Below are positions 27,845 through 36,787 of a stretch of DNA of 64,000 nt, piece after piece. The notes beneath the pieces are model-generated. The model was not told where the DNA came from and did not search any database. It worked only from the letters and a program-made list of their open reading frames with translations. Each line of letters opens with the position of its first letter. The stretch's first letter is position 1. Source of the stretch: Flavobacteriaceae bacterium (GTDB lineage Bacteria; Bacteroidota; Bacteroidia; Flavobacteriales; Flavobacteriaceae). The stretch is from assembly GCA_009886755.1 (NCBI GenBank), contig QXYU01000038.1, positions 88,000-151,999 of the forward strand, read 5' to 3'. A program made the position numbers and the translations under genes.

Positions 27845-28915
27845 ATGAAAAGAATGGAAATAGGAATTGATAGTTTTGCCGGCATTGATATTCGTTACGG
27901 TTTGCCCACCGCTAAGGATCGGTCCCGGTCAATTCATGAATTATTGGAACGAATAGTACATGCTGACCGAGTGGGATTGGATGTTTTTGGAATTGGCGAG
28001 CACCACCGCGATGAGTTTTTGGATTCGGCACCCCATGCACTTTTGTCTGCCGCAGCGGCGCAAACCCAACAAATAAAACTGACCAGCGCTGTCACGGTAC
28101 TAAGTGCAGCCGATCCAGTACGTGTTTTTCAAAACTATGCCACGGTTGATTTGATCAGTGAGGGACGAGCTGGACTGGTAGTTGGCCGAGGATCTTTTTC
28201 AGAATCCTTCCCTTTATTTGGGTATGAATTTTCCGATTATGATGCTTTATTCGTGGAAAAATTGGACCTACTGCTTCAAATTCGCGAGAAAGAAGTTTTG
28301 AGTTGGCAAGGTCAGTTTCGCCCTTCTTTGCGTGCTCAGAAAATCACCCCCCGTCCTTATCAGGAAAAACTCCCAATCTGGGTCGGTGTTGGAGGTACTC
28401 CCACCTCGTTTATTCGAGCAGGACAACTGGGATTGCCTTTGATGGTCGCAATTATTGGAGGGGAAACGCATCGTTTTGCTCCTTTGGTAGATTTGTATCG
28501 GAAGGCAGGAGCTGAAGCTGGATTTGCTCCCGAAGAACTTCAGGTGGGAATTCACTCTTTGGGCTATGTAGCCAACACTAAAGAGGCTGCCGTAGCGGAC
28601 TACTTCCCAGGCTATCAAGAAGCGTTTAGTCGAATTGGAAAAGAACGTGGTTGGCCGCCCATAACCCGTAGTCGATTTGATATGCAAAATAGCCGTTTGG
28701 GAGCCTTTCTTGTGGCTGATCCAGAAGAAGTAGCCGATAAGATTGTTCGTCATAGTCAGGCATTGGGGGGATTGTCTCGCTTTAGCTTTCAAATGGACAA
28801 TGCTGGGCTGACTCACGATCAGCTTATGCGCTCTTTTGAATTGATTGCACAGCAAGTAAAACCTATTGTTTTGGAACGATTGGCAGCTTTTGAGGGATCT
28901 TCAGGCAACCAATAG
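27845..28915 (+). CDS. LLM-class (luciferase-like) flavin-dependent oxidoreductase
   Basis: The preferred start is the ATG at 27845 (MKRMEIGIDSF...). LLM-like segments are GLDVFGIGEHH, KLTSAVTVLS and GRAGLVVGRGSF. Confidence 0.8.
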   Translation: MKRMEIGIDSFAGIDIRYGLPTAKDRSRSIHELLERIVHADRVGLDVFGIGEHHRDEFLDSAPHALLSAAAAQTQQIKLTSAVTVLSAADPVRVFQNYATVDLISEGRAGLVVGRGSFSESFPLFGYEFSDYDALFVEKLDLLLQIREKEVLSWQGQFRPSLRAQKITPRPYQEKLPIWVGVGGTPTSFIRAGQLGLPLMVAIIGGETHRFAPLVDLYRKAGAEAGFAPEELQVGIHSLGYVANTKEAAVADYFPGYQEAFSRIGKERGWPPITRSRFDMQNSRLGAFLVADPEEVADKIVRHSQALGGLSRFSFQMDNAGLTHDQLMRSFELIAQQVKPIVLERLAAFEGSSGNQ

Positions 28916-29038
28916 TTCCCTTTGATTAATAGAATCTATTGCTTTAAAGAAAAAGACAGGAACATCTTTTTCCCCTCAAGGTTCTAAGTGCATTATGGAT
29001 TTATTTTTATCTTTAAATAAATCATAAACCATTCAAAA

Positions 29039-29971
29039 ATGAGAAATACTCTTTTTGCCTTTCTATTGGCAATTCCAATGCTAGCAATCGCTCAGAAAAA
29101 AAAGCAGAGTGGAAAAATCTATGACCAACATCCAGGAATTACGGTTGTTGATCAATTTCATAAAGCTTTTGTTGAAGGAGACGAAGAAACACTCCGCTCA
29201 CTTGTAACAGATGACTTTAAGTGGTGGCAGCAAAACACACAGCAACCTAAGCCCAAAACAATTGATCAGTTGGTCGGTCGTTCCAAATATTTTAGCAAAA
29301 ACATGCTCAATTTATCAATTAAAGACCGTGGTCGTGCCTATACCGATGCCATGGAGTTTAAAGGAGGTAATGGGGCTTTTATCTATACATATAAAGTGCT
29401 TAGTGGAATTGATGAAAAAACAGGCATGATTCTAGAAATCCCTCGCGATGAGAGTTTTCTTTTGAGTAAGGATGGAAAGAAAATTCAATGGATTGCTATT
29501 TCGGACAGTCAGCTTAAATGGCAAAAAGCCTATGACGCATACGGAACACGTAGCAATGGAACAATCTTTAAAGACCATCCTATGATTGCTAAAGCGCGAT
29601 TGCTTTATGCCTATATTTACATGGGAGATTTAGATGGAATGCGTGCGCTATATGCAGATTATGCTCGAATCTCTGACGCAATGAACACCGAAGTAGATTC
29701 ATTCATTTCTCCAGAGGAAGAGGTTGAAAATCTAAAGAAATTCCTCAATGACTATGAAGTCTTGAAAGTTGCAGAAAGTGGATACCCTGATTTGTTTGAG
29801 TATGAAGGGACAGATACCAAAACGATTATTTCGTGGTGGGACCTTACGGTGAAAAACAAAAAATCTGGGAAGATCAAAAAACACACTCAGCATTCTCAGA
29901 TTGTAGTGAACAAGGAGGGCTTGATTATCAGAGAAATTTATTATTTCAATCCATCGCAATTACCAAAATAA
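29039..29971 (+). CDS. secreted protein with two tandem SnoaL/NTF2-like modules
   Basis: 310 aa with signal peptide AFLLAIPMLAIAQ. Two segments match the typical NTF2-like opening helix pattern: VVDQFHKAFVEGDEETLRSLVTDDFKWW and ARLLYAYIYMGDLDGMRALYADYARI. Confidence 0.6.
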   Translation: MRNTLFAFLLAIPMLAIAQKKKQSGKIYDQHPGITVVDQFHKAFVEGDEETLRSLVTDDFKWWQQNTQQPKPKTIDQLVGRSKYFSKNMLNLSIKDRGRAYTDAMEFKGGNGAFIYTYKVLSGIDEKTGMILEIPRDESFLLSKDGKKIQWIAISDSQLKWQKAYDAYGTRSNGTIFKDHPMIAKARLLYAYIYMGDLDGMRALYADYARISDAMNTEVDSFISPEEEVENLKKFLNDYEVLKVAESGYPDLFEYEGTDTKTIISWWDLTVKNKKSGKIKKHTQHSQIVVNKEGLIIREIYYFNPSQLPK

Positions 29972-29996
29972 GGCTTTACGGCGAAGTCTATGAATA

Positions 29997-30024
29997 GAAA
30001 AACCCTCCATTGGAGGGTTTTTAT
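29997..30024 (+). terminator. intrinsic terminator
   Basis: AAAACCCTCC-ATT-GGAGGGTTTTT lies 26 nt after the stop at 29971. Confidence 0.8.
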
Positions 30025-30218
30025 TTAACGCTTTTTAACGTCTCCTTATCAGTTCTTTAGCATTCCTGAAGTTATCTTTGTAATGCTATGACACAGGACC
30101 CTTTCTTTCCTATGGCACGATAACTTTGTTTGTAATTGTTTGTGACAAACACTTTTTTCATTTTGATTTGGTTTACTTTAGAAAAGTGTCCCCCCCAAAG
30201 CAAGGGCTCCTCATAGTC

Positions 30219-30653
30219 TTATGGTTTAACTTTTTTTCTTTTCTTTTTTTTCTTCCGTTTTTTCTTAAGGCTTTTTTTCGAGGCATAAGCCGCTTCCTTC
30301 GTTTTTACGATAATCACCCCATTGGCACCTCGTGCTCCATAAACAGAAGCACTGGGGCCTTTTAGCGCTGAAACGGATTCAATGTCATAAGGATTTAAAC
30401 TATTAAAGAGGGTGGGGTCTTCAGTTTGAACCCCGTCGATCACATAAAGTGGCGCATTGTTGTTCCACGTATTGTACCCTCTTACGATTACTTTTGGGGG
30501 GGCATCCATTCGACTGCGGTCTTGGACTATTTGCACCCCCGTCAACCGACCTTTTGATTGGTCAAGTGCATTTACAAAGGGTGGTTTTTGCGCCCAACAA
30601 AGTATTCCCGTAAGTAAATAGCAAATGGTGAGAAGTTGTTTTACCATCTTCAT
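30219..30653 (-). CDS. stand-alone SusC/TonB-receptor plug-like fragment with poly-lysine tail
   Basis: 144 aa with signal peptide LTICYLLTGILCWAQ. The plug-type segment is LTGVQIVQ...VIVRGYNT...PLYVIDGV...NPYDIESVSALKGPSASVYGARGANGVIIVKTK. The protein ends KKSLKKKRKKKKKRKKVKP, and no beta-barrel follows. Confidence 0.6.
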   Translation of the reverse strand: MKMVKQLLTICYLLTGILCWAQKPPFVNALDQSKGRLTGVQIVQDRSRMDAPPKVIVRGYNTWNNNAPLYVIDGVQTEDPTLFNSLNPYDIESVSALKGPSASVYGARGANGVIIVKTKEAAYASKKSLKKKRKKKKKRKKVKP

Positions 30654-30718
30654 GAAAATTTATTTTCACATAATAAGGTGTGATGATTTACAGAAAACCA
30701 TAAATCAGATCAAAAAGA

Positions 30719-31525
30719 TTATTTGTCGGCTCCAGCCAAATCAAAAATTCTTTTTTCTAGGTCAACATGCCCAATATGCATATAAATCTGGTCTTCATGA
30801 GCACCCTTAACGAGTCCCCAGAATAGTTTTCTACTTTCGGCTTTGCTGGCATCCTTTGAAGGGGTTGTTGCTGCCTTGGCGAAATCTACAAGGTTGTTGA
30901 AACATTGCCATACTTCTACTTCGGGACCCGATCCCATATAATGGTAACTGACCCCACCAGCAATAGCGGCAGCGCTGTCAATGGCTGGTTTGATGGCCCA
31001 GTCAAAATAGGCATTCCCCATTTTAGCCCAACTACCAGAGGAGTTATAGCGACCAACAGACATGACAAAAGGAATATCAAAGTTTACATTTTCAATAGTT
31101 GCAAAACCAGTACTGCTGAATGTAGCTCGGATTTCGTCCGTATGACCATCACTAAAGCTGCGGTATTCAGCCCATTCTTTTTGGGCTGTTTCACGCTCTT
31201 TTTTATTGTTCATTGCTGCTATAGCATTTTTCACATTTTCTCCAGCAGCATCTGCGTCAGCATGATAATCCTCCATTGTTGCGTACTGTTGGTAGATTAC
31301 AAAAGTATGCCCCGATCCATACCAGTGGCGAAACAACCAATCACCCGTAATGGTGCGATTAGGCCCCATGGAGAGGTCAGTGAATTTTTTGTGAAGTGCC
31401 ACAAACCGAGGGATTTCAGCAACCGAAATATCTGTGAGATAGGTTACGGATTCGTAAGACCTCTGATCTTGTGCTTGAAGGTTCGTCGTGAACAGACAAA
31501 CAAAAAGGAATATAATTTTTTTCAT
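30719..31525 (-). CDS. hypothetical secreted protein
   Basis: 268 aa with signal peptide FLFVCLFTTNLQAQ. No family is recognised. By eye it looks like two alpha+beta half-domains. Confidence 0.6.
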   Translation of the reverse strand: MKKIIFLFVCLFTTNLQAQDQRSYESVTYLTDISVAEIPRFVALHKKFTDLSMGPNRTITGDWLFRHWYGSGHTFVIYQQYATMEDYHADADAAGENVKNAIAAMNNKKERETAQKEWAEYRSFSDGHTDEIRATFSSTGFATIENVNFDIPFVMSVGRYNSSGSWAKMGNAYFDWAIKPAIDSAAAIAGGVSYHYMGSGPEVEVWQCFNNLVDFAKAATTPSKDASKAESRKLFWGLVKGAHEDQIYMHIGHVDLEKRIFDLAGADK

Positions 31526-31540
31526 AAGATTTATTTTTTG

Positions 31541-32053
31541 TTATTGAGCATCTTCTTTTAGAGGACGTTGCGCAAATTGATCAAGCCAAACAACTTTGCC
31601 ATCTACGACATAGTAACTTTCAAAGGAGTTGGATATTCTGTCATTTCCAAGCGAATCCTTCCAAGTATTTTTGAATCGTGCCATAACATGTTCGCCTCCC
31701 GTATTGGGTTTTATATCCACAGAGTGAATGGACATTAGTTCCCAGCTTAAGCTAGTGTTTTTTCTTTCTTTCATAGGAGCAAAGAAAGCTTCGGCAGTCT
31801 GATAGCGCTGTCCGCGGCTAGTGGTAATTCGAACAGAGTCAGCAAAGAAAGTGGCCATTGTGTCGAAGTCACGTTCTTTCCATACTTTGTCAAGAGCCAC
31901 AACCACATCAATAGCGGCATCAGTTCCCAAGTACCATCCAGTATTGGCAACGTCTTTGTCCTTATTGGGGTGATAGCCGATTTCGCGTTCAGGAGTAGCA
32001 GTCTGGCAACTCATAAGAGCTAACGACAAGCTAAAAAAAAGTAATTTTTTCAT
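31541..32053 (-). CDS. SnoaL/NTF2-like lipoprotein
   Basis: 170 aa with lipobox SLALMSCQT and an NTF2-like opening AIDVVVALDKVWKERDFDTMATFFADSVRI. Confidence 0.6.
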   Translation of the reverse strand: MKKLLFFSLSLALMSCQTATPEREIGYHPNKDKDVANTGWYLGTDAAIDVVVALDKVWKERDFDTMATFFADSVRITTSRGQRYQTAEAFFAPMKERKNTSLSWELMSIHSVDIKPNTGGEHVMARFKNTWKDSLGNDRISNSFESYYVVDGKVVWLDQFAQRPLKEDAQ

Positions 32054-32273
32054 GTTAAATGGATTATAGTTATTAATGGGTTAAGGATCTTTTTGGAACC
32101 TTAAGTTGTTTTGACCGATTTGAAAAAAATGGAGCTTGAGAACAATTGATGGTGTTTCGAGTTCTCAAAGGAATTCATTGAATTTGGTTAATGGTAGCTT
32201 AAAGATACAATTTTCTAGGAATTGCACTTTTAACTCCCATAGAGATAAAAGAAAAGTACCCAAACGGATTGCG

Positions 32274-33611
32274 CTAGGAAGAGGGCTTGGTTTGTCTTGG
32301 TTTTGCGGATTGTGAACCACTCTTTTGGACAAAAGTAATAGCATGCCCTTCCTTGCCTGCACGGCCGGTTCTTCCGATCCGGTGAACATAGCTTTCTTGC
32401 GATCCCGGGATGTGATAATTCACCACCAGAGAGATATTGTCAATATCAATGCCGCGCGAAGCGACATCCGTGGCAACCATTACTTGAATCTTCCCGGACT
32501 TAAAATTTTGAATAGCCTTGGATCGGTAGTTCTGGGATTTGTCCCCATGAATTTCATCGACACGGAAATCATTCTTTTTAAGCTGTCGGTAGAGGCGGGT
32601 TACTTGGCGTTTTGTATCCAAAAAGATAAGCACCTTGCGGTATTCTTTTCGTTGCAGGAGTTCCTGTAAAATCTGATTTTTTTCTTCTGGACTTTCCACT
32701 CGAATGACGTCTTGGTAGATGTTATCCGTATTCGATTCCCCTTGGGATACACGAACTTTTTCGTATTCCGGCATCAGGGTTTGAATGACTGATTTTTGTT
32801 TTTCTGTTTGGGTGGCAGAAAATAAAATGGTTTGCTGCCGGTTAGGCATCTGATCTACAATTTTGAGTACTTCTTGCTGGAAGCCCATGTCTAACATGGT
32901 ATCAAATTCGTCAAGTACTAAATTGGTGGTATCAAAAAGCTTAAGAGCTCTTCTGTTCAGCATGTCATTGACTCGTCCAGGGGTTCCAATGATAATATGG
33001 GCTTCACGGCGTAACTTGGATACGTCTTTGTTGATATTGGTTCCGCCAATCAAGCAGTGGGAATAAATCTGAAGCCCTTTGGTAAGACTTTTAAATTCGG
33101 TTTCGACTTGCTGTGCCAGTTCTCGGGTGGGCACCAAAACAATGCTTTTGTTTTTCTTTTTGTTGTAGAGCAAGCGTTCGATGATTGGAATTAGGAAGGC
33201 ACCTGTTTTACCAGTACCAGTATTGGCAATTCCCATGATATTTTCCCCTTCCAAAATCATTTCAATCGTTTTGTCTTGTATTTCGGTAGTATTGACAAAC
33301 TTTTTGACTTTTAAACGCGATTGCAACTTGGCATGAAGTGGCAAAGAAGCAAAGGAGCGAGTAACTACTTCTTTCTTTTCTGTTTGCGTTAGGGTTTTGT
33401 TAATGAGCGTATTGGGGTCTAGTTGTTGTTTTTTAAAACGACTACCACCGCCACTTCGTCCGCCAGAGCTTCGTCCACCCCCTCCATTTCGTTTGGGACG
33501 GGAACGGAAAGAACGATTGCTTTTGGAGTCTTCTCTCTTTTCAGTACGTTTGCCGCGAAAGCTTTTGGGATTATTTTCTTGCGATTTGCCCTTTGTTTTT
33601 GGTTTTCTCAT
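32274..33611 (-). CDS. DEAD-box-family RNA helicase with N-terminal RGG-rich region (motif II = DEFD)
   Basis: 445 aa. Q-motif region FASLPL...TEIQ, motif I ANTGTGKTGAF, Ia PTRELA, TPGR, motif II VLDEFDTMLDMGF, III FSAT, V ATDVASRGIDI and VI HRIGRTGRAG are present. The first ~60 aa are K/R/G/S-rich (RNGGGGRSSGGRSGGGSRF). Confidence 0.9.
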   Translation of the reverse strand: MRKPKTKGKSQENNPKSFRGKRTEKREDSKSNRSFRSRPKRNGGGGRSSGGRSGGGSRFKKQQLDPNTLINKTLTQTEKKEVVTRSFASLPLHAKLQSRLKVKKFVNTTEIQDKTIEMILEGENIMGIANTGTGKTGAFLIPIIERLLYNKKKNKSIVLVPTRELAQQVETEFKSLTKGLQIYSHCLIGGTNINKDVSKLRREAHIIIGTPGRVNDMLNRRALKLFDTTNLVLDEFDTMLDMGFQQEVLKIVDQMPNRQQTILFSATQTEKQKSVIQTLMPEYEKVRVSQGESNTDNIYQDVIRVESPEEKNQILQELLQRKEYRKVLIFLDTKRQVTRLYRQLKKNDFRVDEIHGDKSQNYRSKAIQNFKSGKIQVMVATDVASRGIDIDNISLVVNYHIPGSQESYVHRIGRTGRAGKEGHAITFVQKSGSQSAKPRQTKPSS

Positions 33612-33823
33612 AGGTTGTTATTACAAATCACAATGACTGTGTTTGGGAATACAAAAAATTGAATTCTCCCAAAGTCGAAGCTGTAAGTTGAATGGATGCT
33701 GTATTGCTTTAATAGTGCGGCTGTTTTTTTCAGCTCTCGGCAAAAGTACGACTTCCCTTAGAGCTGACCTAATCCCTAAAAAGAATCCTATCTTTAGCAA
33801 GCATTCTTAAAATAATCATATCC

Positions 33824-34540
33824 ATGAAAGTATATCAAATTCTTCTGTTTGGATTGAGTGTTTTCCCTTTTTTTACCCTAGCACAATTACCCTCAACAGC
33901 GGAGGTCCTTGAAAAGAGTATTGCCTATCACGATCCAAATGGGCGTTGGGCGTCTTTCTCTGGCACCCTAGCCATAGAAATGACCCTGCCAAAAAAAGGA
34001 AAACGGATGAGTCAGTTGGAATTGAACTTCCCACAACGTTATTTTAAGAGTACAGTCACCCAAGAGGGGACTACCATCGTGTCAGAATGGACCAATGGCA
34101 ACTGTGCGTATTGGCTCAATGGGAGTCAGGATATCTCAGCAGAACAGCGAAAGACGTATCGATTGAACTGTGAACGTACCACACAAATGCGCGATTATTA
34201 TATTTATTTGTACGGTTTGCCCATGAAATTGAAAGACCCAGGAACTCGTTTACACCCAGAAGTCCAAAAAGTAAACTGGCGTGGAACCGTTTATCTACGT
34301 CTGCGAGTTGACTACGATCCTGCCGTAGGAAAAGACCGCTGGTATTTTTATTTTGACCCAACGAATTATCAATTGCGACACTATCAGTTCTATCATGAGG
34401 AGGCGAAAAACGATGGTGAATTTATCCTGCTTTCTGAAGAAATAGAAATACAAGGCATGAAAATTCCTAAAATAAGAGCCTGGTATACTCATAAAGAAGA
34501 ACTCTATTTGGGTACCGATGTTCTTGTTAAGGGTTCTTAA
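33824..34540 (+). CDS. hypothetical secreted protein
   Basis: 238 aa with signal peptide LLFGLSVFPFFTLAQ. No family is confidently recognised. Confidence 0.6.
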   Translation: MKVYQILLFGLSVFPFFTLAQLPSTAEVLEKSIAYHDPNGRWASFSGTLAIEMTLPKKGKRMSQLELNFPQRYFKSTVTQEGTTIVSEWTNGNCAYWLNGSQDISAEQRKTYRLNCERTTQMRDYYIYLYGLPMKLKDPGTRLHPEVQKVNWRGTVYLRLRVDYDPAVGKDRWYFYFDPTNYQLRHYQFYHEEAKNDGEFILLSEEIEIQGMKIPKIRAWYTHKEELYLGTDVLVKGS

Positions 34541-34616
34541 GTAGGGACTACTATATTTATATAGGTCGCAACATGGAAGGGCATCAATAAATTACACTAA
34601 AGACTCCAAGGAAATC

Positions 34617-34793
34617 TTATTTAGCAGGAGGGAAAAACAAGGGAACGCACAGCCATCCCACAAAACACAGGGCTCCACAGCCATAAAGACTTAAGTAGAC
34701 CCATTTAGGCAGGAATTTTTGGGTACTGAAGCCCAAGGCTCCAAACATGATCATAAGTCGTTCCAGTCGTTTTCGCCACATTTGTTTTGCCAT
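34617..34793 (-). CDS. possible small membrane protein (below ORF-track length cutoff)
   Basis: Hand translation from the reverse-strand ATG at 34793 gives MAKQMWRKRLERLMIMFGALGFSTQKFLPKWVYLSLYGCGALCFVGWLCVPLFFPPAK. That is a basic N-terminus followed by two hydrophobic segments. It starts 14 nt after the desaturase stop. Confidence 0.3.
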   Translation of the reverse strand: MAKQMWRKRLERLMIMFGALGFSTQKFLPKWVYLSLYGCGALCFVGWLCVPLFFPPAK

Positions 34794-34807
34794 ATAGGGA
34801 GGTGTCT

Positions 34808-35761
34808 TTATGCGTGAGGGCTTTTTTTTGAAAAGCCGTGCAGTTGTTGCTGTACAAAAGAATCGCCAACCTGACTATCGCCTGGTAAGCCCAATTTAAG
34901 ATCACCATTGACCTCGGGTACATAATGCGTTCCAAATAGATAGTCCCACAGACTAAGACTAATTCCGAAATTAACCCCTATTTTGCCTGCCGGAAGGGCA
35001 TAGGCGTGATGGTAGAGGTGCATGATGGGATTATTCAAAATATATTTGAAAGGCCCCCAACTAATCCGAACATTGGCATGATTCAGATGTCCGATGGTAA
35101 TCGCTAAAAAATGTACAGCATAGGCATGGGTAGGCTCCAAACCACCCAAAAGCAATAGCATTATGGTTTTCAGGGGTTTGTAAAGAACATTTTCCATCCA
35201 ATGGTAGCGGAAGTGCGCGGCAAAGCCCATTTCTTTGACACTGTGATGGATCTGATGAAAACGCCACAAGGTGGGGATTTTATGCAATGCCATATGCGTT
35301 AGCCACTGGACAAAGTCCATTGCCACAAAGAAAAGAAGGTATTGCAACAAAGGGGGGAGGCTGTGAAGGTTAACCCAAGCGAAAGATTCTTTTTCGAAGC
35401 CCAAACGCTCTGCACCATATTCAAAAGCAGCATAGAAACCACTTACGGCCGTAGCAAAAAGAAAAAAATTGAAAAACATATGGGCCAGGTCTCTAAAGAA
35501 ATCTTTGCGGAAAACCCCCTGCTGTTTGCGCCAAGGAAAAAAAATCTCCAAACTCCAAACAAGAAGCGAAATCAAAATCAATCCCCAGAAGTAATTCAAA
35601 TACCAAGGAACCTGAAAAAGAAGGCTCTTAAGGAACCAATTCCCAGTATTGTAAATAGTGTGTAGGATGAGATCTAGAATTTCCAAAAGCCCGATTTTTG
35701 ATCCAAAAATACAATGAATTGAATAACAAACAACAAACAAAGTCAGGAACAGCCCCTTCAA
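34808..35761 (-). CDS. fatty acid hydroxylase / sterol desaturase superfamily membrane protein
   Basis: 317 aa (TTG start in the track) and polytopic. Histidine boxes are HMALHKIPTLWRFHQIHHS and MHLYHHAY. Confidence 0.82.
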   Translation of the reverse strand: MKGLFLTLFVVCYSIHCIFGSKIGLLEILDLILHTIYNTGNWFLKSLLFQVPWYLNYFWGLILISLLVWSLEIFFPWRKQQGVFRKDFFRDLAHMFFNFFLFATAVSGFYAAFEYGAERLGFEKESFAWVNLHSLPPLLQYLLFFVAMDFVQWLTHMALHKIPTLWRFHQIHHSVKEMGFAAHFRYHWMENVLYKPLKTIMLLLLGGLEPTHAYAVHFLAITIGHLNHANVRISWGPFKYILNNPIMHLYHHAYALPAGKIGVNFGISLSLWDYLFGTHYVPEVNGDLKLGLPGDSQVGDSFVQQQLHGFSKKSPHA

Positions 35762-36099
35762 AACCCAATCAAAAAACGAAGGGGAATACCATTTTGATGG
35801 TAAATCTTCAACAAAACCTAAATATACTTGCTTACTATAGTATAATTGTTTAACTTTATAGAAAAACTGTTAAACGTGAAATTGGAGCGCAAAAAGCTGA
35901 TTTATTTTGATAATGCAACCCAAAGGTTACGGATTGACAAGTATTCTTGGACAAGAACTGTAATGTCGTTTGTATTTATGCTGGTTTCAAAAAAGTTTTG
36001 ATGACAGTTTTTGTCCTTTTATAATGCAACTATAGTTTATCCTTTCCAAATTTTCAACTTTCCCTCAATGAATTTTAAAAGCTATCTAGAATTCATTTT

Positions 36100-36780
36100 T
36101 TAGAGCGTACCTAGTTTAAAAAATAGAAGCTTTCTTCGGGTTTTGAATCCCAGTTTTTTATACAATGCGATGGCGTTGTGATTGGATTCCAATACATGTA
36201 GGTAAGGAATTTTGTTTTTGTTGAAAAACGGAGTCTGTAGTGTATTTGATAAGTTGTTTTGCATAGCCCTTACCTCTACTATCGGGTTGGGTGACCACAG
36301 CACTGATCTCGGTAAAATCTTCCATCTTCATGCGTTCACCACAACAGGCCACTAACTTTCCTCGATCATAAATCCCGTAGTAATTCCCCAAAGCCGCTGT
36401 TTGTTCTCTAAAATAGCCCGGTTGAACCTCATTGACAAGCGCAAATAGATCTTGCTGCTGCTTTAGGATCTCCAATCGATCAATGCGATGGGTATTTTCC
36501 ATTTTATGGGTTTTTTCAAAACCATTTGCAAACAGTGTAAGAGATCAATCAGGCGCAGTCCTTCGGGGAGTTTTGGCGGGTTCCCAATAATATAAAAAGA
36601 GTCGGTCAGTTGGGCGTAGGCGAGGAGGTCTTCCGCAGCCTTTTCCGGTGTTTGGAGGCTTCCAAAGACACAAAAACGTGGATCGTAAAACAAGCTATTG
36701 GCGTATGAAATGCATTGCTGCCGCTGGGTTTCTTCTAAAGAATACCGAACGGGATTGTCGAGTTTCTCTATGGAATTCAT
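36100..36780 (-). pseudogene. GNAT (FR47-like) N-acetyltransferase interrupted by two frameshifts
   Basis: Three overlapping reverse-strand ORFs in different frames read as one protein. 36780-36463 is the N-domain (MNSIEKLDNPVRYSLEE...). 36502-36158 carries motif A (VVTQPDSRGKGYAKQLI). 36303-36100 is the C-terminus (NKIPYLHVLESNHNAIALYKKLGF). The frame changes map to 36466-36544 (contains a T6 run at 36511-36516) and about 36205-36235 (T5/A5 runs). Confidence 0.7.
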
Positions 36781-36787
36781 GGTAAAA

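Noticed and set aside
28268-28855. A 195-aa minus-strand ORF inside the LLM oxidoreductase gene. Similar antisense ORFs occur at 30905-31561, 51015-51614, 15909-16376, 16784-17260, 2542-2985 and 46421-46792.
   Set aside because: All lie wholly within, and antisense to or out of frame with, genes that have strong family motifs. None has recognisable motifs of its own.
30137-30151. A perfect palindrome TGTTTGTGACAAACA followed by a T-run.
   Set aside because: A 7-bp stem with a 1-nt loop is not a plausible terminator hairpin. It could be an operator, but no adjacent regulator or repeated copy supports that.
35762-36099. A 338-bp intergenic region with a 10-bp direct repeat (ATAATGCAAC, about 110 bp apart) and a 47-codon GTG-initiated ORF (MKLERKKLIYFDNATQRLRIDKYSW...).
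   Set aside because: A single short repeat pair has weak significance. The ORF has no recognisable family and a weak start context.
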